From Escherichia phage ECO4: a stretch of DNA of 64,000 bases. Under the pieces are notes generated by a model. It made no database searches, was not told where the DNA came from, and saw nothing but the letters and a program-made list of their open reading frames with translations. This document shows, one piece after another, positions 46,005-58,753 of this stretch (position 1 is the stretch's first letter; the number at the start of each line of letters is the position of its first letter). The translations under genes and the position numbers were made by a program. The stretch lies in sequence record NC_054911.1. One strand, 5' to 3'.

Positions 46005-46585
46005 TATTCACCACAGAATTCGTTGATATTTTCCCAGTTTAACTTATTCAAGTTTTTCTTAGGAACATTAAACACTTCAATACCTGCATTTCGCAGAATA
46101 TCATCCCAGCCAGGTTTATTTTTATCGTATGTTTCGCAATAAACCAGTTTTTTAATACCAGATTGAGCTATCGCTTTTGCACAATCTGGACAAGGAGAAA
46201 GTGTTACATACATAGTAGCACCTTCAATAGAAGAACCATTTCGTGCAGCAAACAAAATTGCATTTAGTTCAGCATGAATTTCATTTTTAGACGACCATTC
46301 AGAGTGAGCACTACGATGTTCTTTAGCCAAGACAAAGCGATCAGTTGAACCAAATGATACGCATTCAGGTTTATGGCCTTGAATGATAGTGTGTTTAGGC
46401 TTATTCAACAACCAACCTTGCTCAGCAGCATAATCACAACAGTTCACACCACCAGCAGGTGAACCATTATATCCGGTAGAAATAATACGTCCATTCTTTT
46501 CAATTACTGCTCCTACCTTCCAGGAGCAACATTTTGATTCCTGCGATACTAAATATGCAATTTGAAGTACTGTACTCGCTTTCAT
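46004..46585 (-). CDS. cd: dCMP deaminase
   Basis: 193-aa ORF with cytidine/dCMP deaminase zinc motifs (HAELNA ... PCPDCA); T4 Cd is 193 aa. Confidence 0.95.
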   Translation of the reverse strand: MKASTVLQIAYLVSQESKCCSWKVGAVIEKNGRIISTGYNGSPAGGVNCCDYAAEQGWLLNKPKHTIIQGHKPECVSFGSTDRFVLAKEHRSAHSEWSSKNEIHAELNAILFAARNGSSIEGATMYVTLSPCPDCAKAIAQSGIKKLVYCETYDKNKPGWDDILRNAGIEVFNVPKKNLNKLNWENINEFCGE

Positions 46586-46920
46586 TTCATAATCACCAGA
46601 TAAGCAGATTTAGCAGTTTCAACACGATAAATTTCGTGACGAAGTTTAGTTATACTTTTAATAACAGAACTAATTATATTCTGCCCATCTTTAAAGCGGT
46701 TTTTCTTATCAATAAAAACTGCGCCAGTCATCTTTTTGTGAAGCTCAACTGGATACTTCGTCACAATAATAGCATCATATACAGAAGGATGAATACTATT
46801 TACTAGAGTGTCATTCATTAAAGTTATTCTAATGAACTGTGCTGTTTCAGAGTCAAGCGCTCTATGATCGCCAGTATCATTTTCAAGACAATTATCAATT
46901 ATATCAGTTAAATTCATCAT
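46582..46920 (-). CDS. cd.1: hypothetical protein
   Basis: 112-aa ORF; five ORFs between cd and pseT match T4 cd.1-cd.5. Confidence 0.65.
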   Translation of the reverse strand: MMNLTDIIDNCLENDTGDHRALDSETAQFIRITLMNDTLVNSIHPSVYDAIIVTKYPVELHKKMTGAVFIDKKNRFKDGQNIISSVIKSITKLRHEIYRVETAKSAYLVIMK

Positions 46921-47156
46921 AGTACGCCATACACCCTTTGTGCTTCAACTAATCCATCAAAATCTAATTTAAGATGCGATATTTGATCGCCATCACCTGG
47001 ATTCACAATTACTAATACTGAACGAGGAGTTTCAGTAATAACACGAACCGATGTTTCAGGAAATCGTTCAGAAACCTTATTTACCAATTCCTGCGCAAAT
47101 AGCTTAACTTTTTCTTGGAATTCTTTAACAGTAATCGGTTTTTCACTTAGCAGCAT
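46917..47156 (-). CDS. cd.2: hypothetical protein
   Basis: 79-aa ORF; early promoter plus stem-loop upstream; symbol by synteny. Confidence 0.65.
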   Translation of the reverse strand: MLLSEKPITVKEFQEKVKLFAQELVNKVSERFPETSVRVITETPRSVLVIVNPGDGDQISHLKLDFDGLVEAQRVYGVL

Positions 47157-47185
47157 TTTGTTTTCCTCATTTGTTTGGTAGAGCT

Positions 47186-47215
47186 ATAATATCACAACTC
47201 TACCGTAAAGTAAAC
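47186..47215 (-). promoter_or_regulatory. T4 early-type promoter with overlapping stem-loop (PeSL-like) upstream of cd.2
   Basis: GTTTAC, 18 nt, TATTAT; inverted repeat GGTAGAG...CTCTACC spans the -10. Confidence 0.5.
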
Positions 47216-47217
47216 TA

Positions 47218-47523
47218 TTAAATTGCTTTGAATTCTGATGTCTGTGATTCAAAACGAATGTCGCCTTTGATAACTAGCTCAGCATCAAGACCGAATACAA
47301 CAATGATATGCGCGGAACCTGGATACAACGTGATGGCAACAGAATCCACCTGGTCTGGAAGCAAAGTGTTCAATACATGAGTCACTTGAGCATGAATTCG
47401 AAGCTCGGCTGCGTTATCAAGCTTTTCAAACATATTATTAGCGATAATTTGACTAAACACTACTTCTACAATTTTAGAATAAGTCGGAAACATATTTACC
47501 TCACATAATTTTCTTCGAGCCAA
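47218..47523 (-). CDS. cd.3: hypothetical protein
   Basis: 101-aa ORF; symbol by synteny. Confidence 0.65.
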   Translation of the reverse strand: MARRKLCEVNMFPTYSKIVEVVFSQIIANNMFEKLDNAAELRIHAQVTHVLNTLLPDQVDSVAITLYPGSAHIIVVFGLDAELVIKGDIRFESQTSEFKAI

Positions 47524-47688
47524 TCAATAACATCCAACGCATTATCAAAAGTTGAACCATCTACTTTGTCTTCTGTTTCATAATCAAGAACATCTAAACC
47601 TACTCTTCCATCAACAATAGGCCATAAACAAAATAGATATTTCTTTTCTTTTTCAATTTTATCACAAAGACGATAAATCTTTTCTATG

Positions 47689-47696
<8 letters not shown>
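47496..47696 (-). CDS. cd.4: hypothetical protein
   Basis: 66-aa ORF; symbol by synteny. Confidence 0.6.
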
Positions 47697-49086
<1,390 letters not shown>

Positions 49087-49090
<4 letters not shown>

Positions 49091-49317
49091 TTATTTTTCT
49101 CAACCAATGATTGAATATAATCATGCAGGTCTTTAGATGCTTTACCCCACTTATTTTGATATTCATTTTTGAGATTAGCGCGTGATTGAGCTAATAAAAC
49201 ATCATTAGTTGGAGGTAAAGATTCTAATCGTTGAATCTGTCGTCCATAAATCATTGCAGCCATCTCGGATTCATAAATTAATCCTTTTAGATGTTCAAAT
49301 TGATACCATGAAATCAT
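49087..49317 (-). CDS. hypothetical protein
   Basis: 76-aa ORF in overlapping-stop/start series. Confidence 0.6.
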
Positions 49318-49613
49318 TTACATTTATCCTCTTTTAGCTCTTGACGATAATAACATATCATAGTTTTCTGGTCATGTACATATCGTTTTACATCATTAAG
49401 CCAAATACGAAATTCCTGAGAATCTTCAAATGGCATACCTACCCAAGCTTTACCATCAATAACTTTAACTTGCCAAGATAGTTTAGCTTCGTCATATGAC
49501 TTTATTTGCACAGGCCAATTAGGATGAACTGTTTCTTTCTTTACTTCTAGAGGCTTTGTCGAACAACCAACTAGAAGACCAATAGATAATATTACTGCAG
49601 ATAATTTAATCAT
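49314..49613 (-). CDS. pseT.2: o-spanin, outer-membrane lipoprotein
   Basis: 99-aa ORF with signal peptide and lipobox (MIKLSAVILSIGLLVGCS); immediately downstream of the i-spanin-like gene. Confidence 0.75.
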   Translation of the reverse strand: MIKLSAVILSIGLLVGCSTKPLEVKKETVHPNWPVQIKSYDEAKLSWQVKVIDGKAWVGMPFEDSQEFRIWLNDVKRYVHDQKTMICYYRQELKEDKCK

Positions 49614-49963
49614 TTAGAAAGGTCCTGGATGTCTTCTGCGAACTTGTTGAAGGAGTTGTTGATTTGTTTTTCAACCAATCCTGGCTTACGAGCCACCACA
49701 TCCGCCTTCTTTGCATCTTTGCGCAGTTTTTCATTTTCACGCTCAATAGCAGCAATCGCCTCACGATTTTTATTATTCATCGCATCAATATAATTATACT
49801 GAATTCGCAAATTATTTAATGCTAAGGCGTTTTCATTGGCCGTTTTTGTAATTTCTACAACAGACGTTTCTAATCTTTCTACCTTATTTTTTAAAATAAT
49901 AGATGTTCCGCCAAATGCTATTACAAGTAATAGCAATCCAGCTGTAAAATTACTTACATGCAT
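49610..49963 (-). CDS. pseT.3: i-spanin, inner-membrane anchored coiled-coil protein
   Basis: 117-aa ORF with N-terminal TM helix (FTAGLLLLVIAFGGTSIIL) then charged helical region; paired with the downstream lipoprotein. Confidence 0.75.
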   Translation of the reverse strand: MHVSNFTAGLLLLVIAFGGTSIILKNKVERLETSVVEITKTANENALALNNLRIQYNYIDAMNNKNREAIAAIERENEKLRKDAKKADVVARKPGLVEKQINNSFNKFAEDIQDLSK

Positions 49964-50460
49964 AAAGTTTTAATAACCTCTATAATATCGTCTTGAGAAA
50001 GACCGTTAATTAAAATATGATGTTCAGCCGGAGATTTAGAAATTTTAAAGCACGCCGCAACATCTTCTGCCATATCCGATGCGCTACGATTTGGATTACT
50101 AATTCCAAGACGATGCTTTCCTGTCAAAGGATTAACGATGATATAGCATTTGCAGCTATTGATATGAACATTAGGTTGAGTCTGATTAATAAACACTTCA
50201 CAATCATACTTAGCGAGTTGATTTTCTAAAAAGACTTTCATCTCCTCAACCGCATCAGGAAGCATATCACGGGCTTGCTCAAGACGACGATTTCGATATT
50301 CTTTAATGGTCGTTTTCCGCTTGACTTGCTTAGCTAAATCTTTCTTAAGATCGGTGATATATCCAACTCGACGATTTCCTTTGAATACAGAAATCCCATC
50401 TGTAGTATCACCGTATGCTTCAACGACCATTTCAGTAGTAATAAGCTGCAAATCCATCAT
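49954..50460 (-). CDS. alc: Alc, host transcription terminator / unfoldase protein
   Basis: 168-aa ORF, MMDLQLITTEMVVEAYGD; position between spanins and rnlA; early promoter cassette upstream. Confidence 0.85.
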   Translation of the reverse strand: MMDLQLITTEMVVEAYGDTTDGISVFKGNRRVGYITDLKKDLAKQVKRKTTIKEYRNRRLEQARDMLPDAVEEMKVFLENQLAKYDCEVFINQTQPNVHINSCKCYIIVNPLTGKHRLGISNPNRSASDMAEDVAACFKISKSPAEHHILINGLSQDDIIEVIKTLCM

Positions 50461-50488
50461 AAAGTCCTCATGTTATGTCAGTAAGACT

Positions 50489-50518
50489 ACTATAACACAA
50501 CACGAGGGACTTGTAAAC
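50489..50518 (-). promoter_or_regulatory. T4 early-type promoter, copy B of the 54-bp cassette, upstream of alc
   Basis: Identical to 35165-35194; followed by identical leader and SD to the alc ATG. Confidence 0.6.
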
Positions 50519-50521
50519 AGC

Positions 50522-52109
<1,588 letters not shown>

Positions 52110-52131
52110 AATAAAATGGGCCTTGCGGCCC
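52110..52131 (-). terminator. GNRA-loop hairpin plus U-rich tract after nrdB
   Basis: Coding-strand GGGCC-GCAA-GGCCC then ATTTTATT; same hairpin sequence as after wac at 6098-6112. Confidence 0.5.
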
Positions 52132-52136
52132 ACTCC

Positions 52137-53315
52137 TTAAAAGTATTTTTTAAAACTCATCATAACTTTATCATCAACATCATTATCAATCTGTGCAACA
52201 AGATAAGATGACAGTTCTACTTCTTGCGGCGCGGATTGAACATTATCAGAATTAAGGTATTCACGAATCCAAGGATATGGATGTTTAACCGGAGCATCGG
52301 TAATCGGGCATGGAAGACCACACTGTTTCATACGAGATACAGTTAAGTAATCAATAAAGCTCCACATGCTATTTGTATTTAATCCAGGAACATCGCCATC
52401 TTTAAATAAATGAACTGCCCAATCTTTTTCTTGGCGGTTAACTTCCATGAAAATATCAACTGCTTCTTGTTCACACTCTTTGGCAATTTTAACCCATTCA
52501 TCGCCATCAGTACCAGATTGAAGTTGACGAATAATATATTGTGTACCTTTAAGATGAAGCTGCTCATCACGTGCAATAAATTTCATAATCTTCGCATTAC
52601 CTTCCATGATTTCCATGTTCTTATGGAAGTTGAAAGTACATGCAAAGGATACATAAAAACGAATAGCTTCCAATGCGTTGATTACATGCAGACAAAGGTA
52701 AAGAGAACGCATTAGTTCGTATTTGCATTCTTCTACATGCATAAGGCTATTTGAATATGCGTCCAAATCATATTCATTCTCTGAAAAACACCTAAAAATT
52801 TCTTTTGCGTTTTCCCATTCACGAGTTTTCTCAATAACATCATCATAATAACGACCAATAGATTCAGCACGTTTCATGATAGCTTTATCTAATACAATCT
52901 CATCAAATACCTTTGACGGATCAGTATAAAGATTTCGCATGATATGAGTATATGAACGACTGTGAATAGTTTCACTAAAAGTCCATGTAGCAACCCATGT
53001 ATCAAGGCTTGGATCTGAAATTAATGACATAAGTACAGCAGACGGTGCACGACCCTGAATGCTATCTAAAAGTGATTGATACTTCAGGTTATTAGTAAAA
53101 ATATCTTGCTGATACTGGGGAAGCTTGTTAAATTGTGCAGCATCCATCATCAAGTTTACTTCTTCAGGACGCCAGAAAAAACTGATCTGCCGCTCAATGA
53201 GTTCTTCAAATACTCGATGTCGTTGAATATCATATCGAGCTAAACCTAATCCAGAACCAAAGAACATTGGTTCGTTCAAAACATCGACTTGTTGTGTATT
53301 AAAAACTGTACTCAT
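52137..53315 (-). CDS. nrdB: ribonucleotide reductase small subunit NrdB, intronless
   Basis: Continuous 392-aa ORF with R2 diiron/tyrosyl-radical fold features; no intron interruption (T4 reference has one). Confidence 0.95.
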   Translation of the reverse strand: MSTVFNTQQVDVLNEPMFFGSGLGLARYDIQRHRVFEELIERQISFFWRPEEVNLMMDAAQFNKLPQYQQDIFTNNLKYQSLLDSIQGRAPSAVLMSLISDPSLDTWVATWTFSETIHSRSYTHIMRNLYTDPSKVFDEIVLDKAIMKRAESIGRYYDDVIEKTREWENAKEIFRCFSENEYDLDAYSNSLMHVEECKYELMRSLYLCLHVINALEAIRFYVSFACTFNFHKNMEIMEGNAKIMKFIARDEQLHLKGTQYIIRQLQSGTDGDEWVKIAKECEQEAVDIFMEVNRQEKDWAVHLFKDGDVPGLNTNSMWSFIDYLTVSRMKQCGLPCPITDAPVKHPYPWIREYLNSDNVQSAPQEVELSSYLVAQIDNDVDDKVMMSFKKYF

Positions 53316-54010
53316 TTAGAATCCTTAAATTTACATTTATCATAATGCCATCTTAGAGCATTGCCTTTATTAACTTTCTTGCCACAATGCGGACAAGGTG
53401 GATATTCAGTACTTTGCTTAGTTCTCAAAGAAATCAAATCACGAGTTTCTTTAGTATGAGGAACATCTCTTGTTGGAGATATTGTACCATACATAGGATT
53501 AAGCACGCCGACTTTAGCAGCAGCTATATTCTTTTTAGCTTCTTCAGTTTTAGGCTTTCTCATCTTTTTCTTAGTTTCTTCGCTTTTAGCCCTTCCTTTG
53601 GTTGCCGCCGATATTTTGTGTTTGGTTTCTTCTGTTAAACGCAGACCTGTTTTCGCTTTTGACATTTTCAGTCTCGTTTCTTCAGAAATGACCGTACCTT
53701 TGCGAAATTGTGAATTTAACTTCTTTGCATGGGCATATATTTTAGAATGAACTTTATAATGACGTTTCTTAGTTCCTTTCATATTGCACATCATGAAAAA
53801 TGCGAATATAACAGATTTTACCGGATAAATCTTTGATAAAATAGCATGCGCTATAAAATGTTCTCTAGCTGTTAATTCAACTAAATTTTCTTTATCATCA
53901 GAACCTCCCATGCATCTAGGAACTATATGATGTGTCTCTTTATATTCAGATAAAGGTTCCCGAGCCTGAGCTCGGGAAATTAGGTCGTTATAGATTTTTT
54001 GATAATTCAT
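53312..54010 (-). CDS. mobE: HNH homing endonuclease between nrdA and nrdB (MobE-like)
   Basis: 232-aa ORF; HNH motif ETHHIVPRCMGGSDDKENLVELTAREHFIAH; repeated basic EET+xK+S..KG modules; start and stop overlap nrdA stop and nrdB start. Confidence 0.85.
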   Translation of the reverse strand: MNYQKIYNDLISRAQAREPLSEYKETHHIVPRCMGGSDDKENLVELTAREHFIAHAILSKIYPVKSVIFAFFMMCNMKGTKKRHYKVHSKIYAHAKKLNSQFRKGTVISEETRLKMSKAKTGLRLTEETKHKISAATKGRAKSEETKKKMRKPKTEEAKKNIAAAKVGVLNPMYGTISPTRDVPHTKETRDLISLRTKQSTEYPPCPHCGKKVNKGNALRWHYDKCKFKDSK

Positions 54011-56274
54011 TACAATTTACACGCTGCACAATCTTCAGCTTTAGGTGTTTCTAATTCATAGTCATCTGTACCTGACCCATCACGAGTGTTATGATAGTAG
54101 AGGTTTTTTCCGCCAAAGTACCAGAAGTAAAGTAGATCGTCAAGCATTACTGACATTGGTACTTTACCTTTCTCAAATACCGCAGGGTCATAATATGTAT
54201 TCGCTGAAGCTGATTGACATACCCATTTCAGCATAATAGCTACTTGCGTAAGATAAGGCTTATTACCTTTCTTAGCTAATTTCCACGTATAATCATACAG
54301 GTCTATGTTATGCTCAATATTGGGCACGACTTGATTAAAGGAGCCCTCTTTTGATTCTTTAACAGAGACTGGTCCACGTGGAGGCTCGATACCGTTTGTA
54401 CTGTTAGAAACTTGGGAAGATGACTCACATGGCATAAGTGCTGATAATGTGCTATTACGGATGCCAAAGAGCTTAAGGTCTTCCCGCAGCGACGACCAGT
54501 CACAAACGTATTTTGGAGCTGCGATTTGGTCAATCTTTTTATTGTACCAGTCGATAGGTAATTCGCCTCGAGACCAACGAGTGTCTGAATAATATTCGCA
54601 AGGTCCTTTTTCTTTGGCGAGTTTAATGGATGCTTTAATGAGTCCATACTGTAATCTCTCAAATAGTTCATGTGTTAAATCGTTAGCATCTTCATAAGAA
54701 GCAAAGTTACTTGCCAACCAAGCTGCATAGTTAGTAACACCTACACCGAGGTTACGACGCTTTTTAGCTTTTTCTGCTTCAGGAACTGGGTATCCTTGGT
54801 AATCCAAAAGATTATCAAGAGCACGAACCTGGACTTCTGCCAATTCATTAATTTTATCTTGGTCTTGCCAGTCAAAATTATCTAATACGAATGCAGAGAG
54901 AGTACACAATCCAATTTCAGCATCAGGACTATTCACATCATTTGTTGGAATAGCAATTTCACAGCACAAGTTACTCTGACGAATAGGTGCCTTTTCACGA
55001 ATAAACGGAGTATAGTTATTCGTATTATCAATGAACTGTACATAAATCCTTGCTGTTCCTGAGCGTTCAGTCATGAGCAATTCAAATAGTTCACGAGCTT
55101 TAATACGCTTTTTACGAATATTAGGGTCTTTTTCTGCGGCTTCATACAATTCACGGAAACGGTCTTGGTCTTTAAAATAAGAATAATAAAGCTCTCCGCC
55201 CATTTCATGGGGACTGAACAAAGTAATGTAATCGTTCTTTCCAAAACGTTCCATCATCAAATCATTCAGTTGAACACCATAATCCATATGACGAATGCGG
55301 TTTTCTTCTACGCCTTTGTTATTTTTCAAAACAAGAAGATTTTCAACTTCCAAATGCCAAATAGGATAATAAGCAGTAGCAGCGCCGCCACGAATTCCAC
55401 CCTGTGAGCATGATTTAACAGCAGTCTGAAAATGTTTCCAAAAAGGAATAACACCAGTATGGCGTACTTCACCCATGCCAATCTTAGAACCTTCAGCACG
55501 AATCATACCAACGTTAATACCAATTCCAGCACGTTTAGAGATATATTCAACAATTGAAGCGGAAGCCTTATTGATAGACTTTAATGAATCACCTGCCTCA
55601 ATAACAACGCATGAACTAAACTGCCGAGTTGGAGTACGGCAACCAGCCATAATAGGAGTTGGTAATGAAATCTGTCGAGTAGATACTGCTTCATAAAAAC
55701 GGATAACGTGTTTTAATCTATCAACAGGTTCATCTTGATGCAATGCCATTCCAATAGTCATAAATGCAAACTGTGGAGTTTCATAAATTTGACCAGTGGT
55801 TTTATCTTTAACTAGATATTTTTCTTTTAATTGCATCGCCCCGGAATAAGTAAATTCCATATCCCGCTCGTGCTTAATTTTTGATTCTAAAAATGTAATT
55901 TCTTCTGCAGAATATTTTGACAACAATTCAGGGTCGTATTTACCTTCATTTACACAGTAAGAAATATGGTCAATAAATGAACGTGGTTCATACTGCCCAT
56001 AAACATGCTTACGAAGAGCAAACATTAAACAGCGTGCAGCTACATATTGATAATCAGGTTCTTCAACCGAAATAGAATTCGCAGCGGCCTTAATGACAAT
56101 AGTCTGAATATCATCAGTTGTCATTCCATCACGGAGATAAGATTTAATATTTTCATATAATTCATAAGGATCTACTGATGTTCCTTCAGCTGCCCAAGAT
56201 AAAACTTTAATAATTTTTTGTGGGTCAAAGCTCTGAGAAACACCACTACTTTTGATAACATTAATTAATTGCAT
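54010..56274 (-). CDS. nrdA: ribonucleotide reductase large subunit NrdA
   Basis: 754-aa ORF with class I RNR catalytic motifs (NLCCEIA, C-terminal redox cysteines CAACKL); T4 NrdA is 754 aa. Confidence 0.97.
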   Translation of the reverse strand: MQLINVIKSSGVSQSFDPQKIIKVLSWAAEGTSVDPYELYENIKSYLRDGMTTDDIQTIVIKAAANSISVEEPDYQYVAARCLMFALRKHVYGQYEPRSFIDHISYCVNEGKYDPELLSKYSAEEITFLESKIKHERDMEFTYSGAMQLKEKYLVKDKTTGQIYETPQFAFMTIGMALHQDEPVDRLKHVIRFYEAVSTRQISLPTPIMAGCRTPTRQFSSCVVIEAGDSLKSINKASASIVEYISKRAGIGINVGMIRAEGSKIGMGEVRHTGVIPFWKHFQTAVKSCSQGGIRGGAATAYYPIWHLEVENLLVLKNNKGVEENRIRHMDYGVQLNDLMMERFGKNDYITLFSPHEMGGELYYSYFKDQDRFRELYEAAEKDPNIRKKRIKARELFELLMTERSGTARIYVQFIDNTNNYTPFIREKAPIRQSNLCCEIAIPTNDVNSPDAEIGLCTLSAFVLDNFDWQDQDKINELAEVQVRALDNLLDYQGYPVPEAEKAKKRRNLGVGVTNYAAWLASNFASYEDANDLTHELFERLQYGLIKASIKLAKEKGPCEYYSDTRWSRGELPIDWYNKKIDQIAAPKYVCDWSSLREDLKLFGIRNSTLSALMPCESSSQVSNSTNGIEPPRGPVSVKESKEGSFNQVVPNIEHNIDLYDYTWKLAKKGNKPYLTQVAIMLKWVCQSASANTYYDPAVFEKGKVPMSVMLDDLLYFWYFGGKNLYYHNTRDGSGTDDYELETPKAEDCAACKL

Positions 56275-56591
56275 AAGTCCTCAACTTGAAAATCGTCTTT
56301 AAACAATCGGTTAACTATATGAGCTATTATATCACCATGACACGGCTTTGGTTTACATGTGCATCCTAGCCTCATTCCACGTAAAGGCTCTAAATGTGCT
56401 TTAGTTATTTCTCCGGATTTAATTCGACGTATAAAATCTTTTTTGAATAATTCAATGGCAGCCTCCCGGCTGCCAGCATCTTTACCGACGTAATTTCCCC
56501 AAAATGTACCACGGTGAATATTAACATCAAAGTCGGATTTATATTTATTCACTACTCGGCATATACGGCCTGCGCGGTTGTAAGTGTTCAT
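56265..56591 (-). CDS. nrdA.1: hypothetical protein
   Basis: 108-aa ORF between td and nrdA; symbol by synteny. Confidence 0.7.
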   Translation of the reverse strand: MNTYNRAGRICRVVNKYKSDFDVNIHRGTFWGNYVGKDAGSREAAIELFKKDFIRRIKSGEITKAHLEPLRGMRLGCTCKPKPCHGDIIAHIVNRLFKDDFQVEDLCN

Positions 56592-56820
56592 ATTGTTCTT
56601 CCGTTAAAACAGTAATATCGTAGTAACAGTCAGAAGAAGTTTTAACTGTGGAAATTTTATTATCAAAATACTCACGAGTCATTTTATGAGTATAATATTT
56701 TTTACCATAAATGATAATAGGCTGATTTGGTCCTGGAACTTCTAGCTCACTTGGATTAGGAAGTGTAAAAAGAACTGCACCAGAAGTATCTTTAAATCGT
56801 AAAATCATATATCCTCGCAA
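56545..56820 (-). CDS. nrdA.2: hypothetical protein
   Basis: 91-aa ORF; symbol by synteny. Confidence 0.65.
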   Translation of the reverse strand: MRGYMILRFKDTSGAVLFTLPNPSELEVPGPNQPIIIYGKKYYTHKMTREYFDNKISTVKTSSDCYYDITVLTEEQYEHLQPRRPYMPSSE

Positions 56821-56831
56821 TTAAATTGAAA

Positions 56832-57143
56832 TTACACCGCCATCTTTCCTTTAATTGGCGGGTGAGATACATAGTTGTTAAGAACAAAATTATGCGGCTT
56901 TGCGAATTGACTCAACCAAAATACCTGTGATTCTGTACCCCATTCATCGAATTCATCTGGAAATTTTAATTGCAATTCGCATAAATCCATAGGTTCACGA
57001 CGCAAAATTTCTTTACATTGTTCTACGTGATTCATATAGATATGAGTATTACCACCAGAAAATATCAAATCTCCCGGAATAAGATTACACATCTTAGCTA
57101 CAATATGAACTAACGTAGCATATGATGCAATATTAAATGGAAG
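56832..57143 (-). CDS. td: thymidylate synthase, exon 2 (103 codons)
   Basis: Begins LPFNIASYA (conserved TS motif) immediately after the intron 3' end; joins exon 1 in frame to give 286 aa. Confidence 0.93.
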   Translation of the reverse strand, partial: LPFNIASYATLVHIVAKMCNLIPGDLIFSGGNTHIYMNHVEQCKEILRREPMDLCELQLKFPDEFDEWGTESQVFWLSQFAKPHNFVLNNYVSHPPIKGKMAV

Positions 57144-58159
57144 CATTATGTTCAGATAAGGTCGTTAATCTTACCCCGGAATTATATCCAGCTGCATGTC
57201 ACCATGCAGATCAGACTATATCTCCAACTTGTTAAAGCAAGTTGTCTATCGTTTCGAGTCACTTGACCCTACTCCCCAAAGGGATAGTCGTTAGGCATTT
57301 ATGTAGAACCAATTCCATTTATCAGATTTTACACGATAAGTAACTAATCCAGACGAAATTTTAAAATGTCTAGCTGCATCTGCTGCACAATCAAAAATAA
57401 CCCCATCACATGAAATCTTTTTAATATTACTAGGCTTTTTACCTTTCATCTTTTCTGATATTTTAGATTTAGTTATGTCTGAATGCTTATGATTAAAGAA
57501 TGAATTATTTTCACCTGAACGATTTCTGCATTTACTACAAGTATAAGCAGAAGTTTGTATGCGAACACCGCACTTACAAAACTTATGGGTTTCTGGATTC
57601 CAACGCCCGTTTTTACTTCCGGGTTTACTGTAAAGAGCTTTCCGACCATCAGGTCCAAGTTTAAGCATCTTAGCTTTAACAGTTTCAGAACGTTTCTTAA
57701 TAATTTCTTCTTTTAATGGATGCGTAGAACATGTATCACCAAACGTTGCATCAGCAATATTGTATCCATTAATTTTAGAATTAAGCTCTTTAATCCAAAA
57801 ATTTTCTCGTTCAATAATCAAATCTTTCTCATATGGAATTTCTTCCAAAATAGAACATTCAAACACATTACCATGTTTGTTAAAAGACCTCTGAAGCTTT
57901 ATAGAAGAATGGCATCCTTTTTCTAAATCTTTAAAATGCCTCTTCCATCTCTTTTCAAAATCTTTAGCACTTCCTACATATACTTTATTGTTTAAAGTAT
58001 TTTTAATCTGATAAATTCCGCTTTTCATAAATACCTCTTTAAATATAGAAGTATTTATTAAAGGGCAGTCCTACAATTTAGCACGGGATTGTCTACTAGA
58101 GAGGTTCCCCGTTTAGATAGATTACAAGTATAAGTCACCTTATACTCAGGCCTCAATTA
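57144..58159 (-). ncRNA. group I self-splicing intron of td (1016 nt)
   Basis: 5' end TAATTGAGGCCTGAGTATAAGGTGAC directly after exon-1 ...TTGGGT, 3' end ...GAACATAATG before exon 2; matches the T4 td intron I recall; contains the I-TevI ORF. Confidence 0.92.
57291..58028 (-). CDS. I-TevI: intron-encoded GIY-YIG homing endonuclease I-TevI
   Basis: 245-aa ORF, MKSGIYQIKNTLNNKVYVGSAKDFEKRWKRH, recognised as I-TevI; located inside the td intron. Confidence 0.96.
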   Translation of the reverse strand: MKSGIYQIKNTLNNKVYVGSAKDFEKRWKRHFKDLEKGCHSSIKLQRSFNKHGNVFECSILEEIPYEKDLIIERENFWIKELNSKINGYNIADATFGDTCSTHPLKEEIIKKRSETVKAKMLKLGPDGRKALYSKPGSKNGRWNPETHKFCKCGVRIQTSAYTCSKCRNRSGENNSFFNHKHSDITKSKISEKMKGKKPSNIKKISCDGVIFDCAADAARHFKISSGLVTYRVKSDKWNWFYINA

Positions 58160-58708
58160 ACCCAAGAAAACATCTACTGATCGTTGATACCACTGCAAAT
58201 CCAAATAGCCATTACGCACATTAAACTGATAGAACATATGACAGGGCGGTAATGCCATTTGATTGATTTCAGCTGGATTCCATGCAGAAACAATTTGACG
58301 CCTATCATTTGGCAGTTTTTTAATACGATCAATAACTTCTATAATTTGATCTACACCGCCAAAATCACGCCACTGTTTTCCATAAATTGGACCAAGTTCA
58401 CCGCTATGGTATCCTAAATCTTTTGCTTGATTTTCGTAATTTTCATCCCAGACTGTTTTGCCTTGAATTAATGAATCGTGCTGAATTAATCGTAAATCAT
58501 TGACATTTGTGCTTCCTGATAAAAACCAAAGCAGCTCAGCAATGCAAGCTTTCCAGGCGAGCTTCTTAGTTGTTACCGCAGGAAAACCTTTAGTTAAATC
58601 CCAGCGTAATTTAGTACCAAACAAAGCAATTGTTCCTGTGCCTGTTCGGTCATCGGTTTCATAGCCATTTTCAAAAATGTCTTTAATTAAATCTTGGTAT
58701 TGTTTCAT
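58160..58708 (-). CDS. td: thymidylate synthase, exon 1 (183 codons)
   Basis: MKQYQDLIKDIFENGYETDDRTGTGT...PPCHMFYQF (TS active-site region); ends ...VDVFLG at the 5' splice site. Confidence 0.95.
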
Positions 58709-58753
58709 TTAGTACCTTATATAAATTATAATACATTTTATGAAGCTAAATAA

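Noticed and set aside
52137-53315. Expected group I intron in nrdB (as in T4)
   Set aside because: The ORF is continuous through the whole gene with no stop or intron-like insert; absent in this phage.
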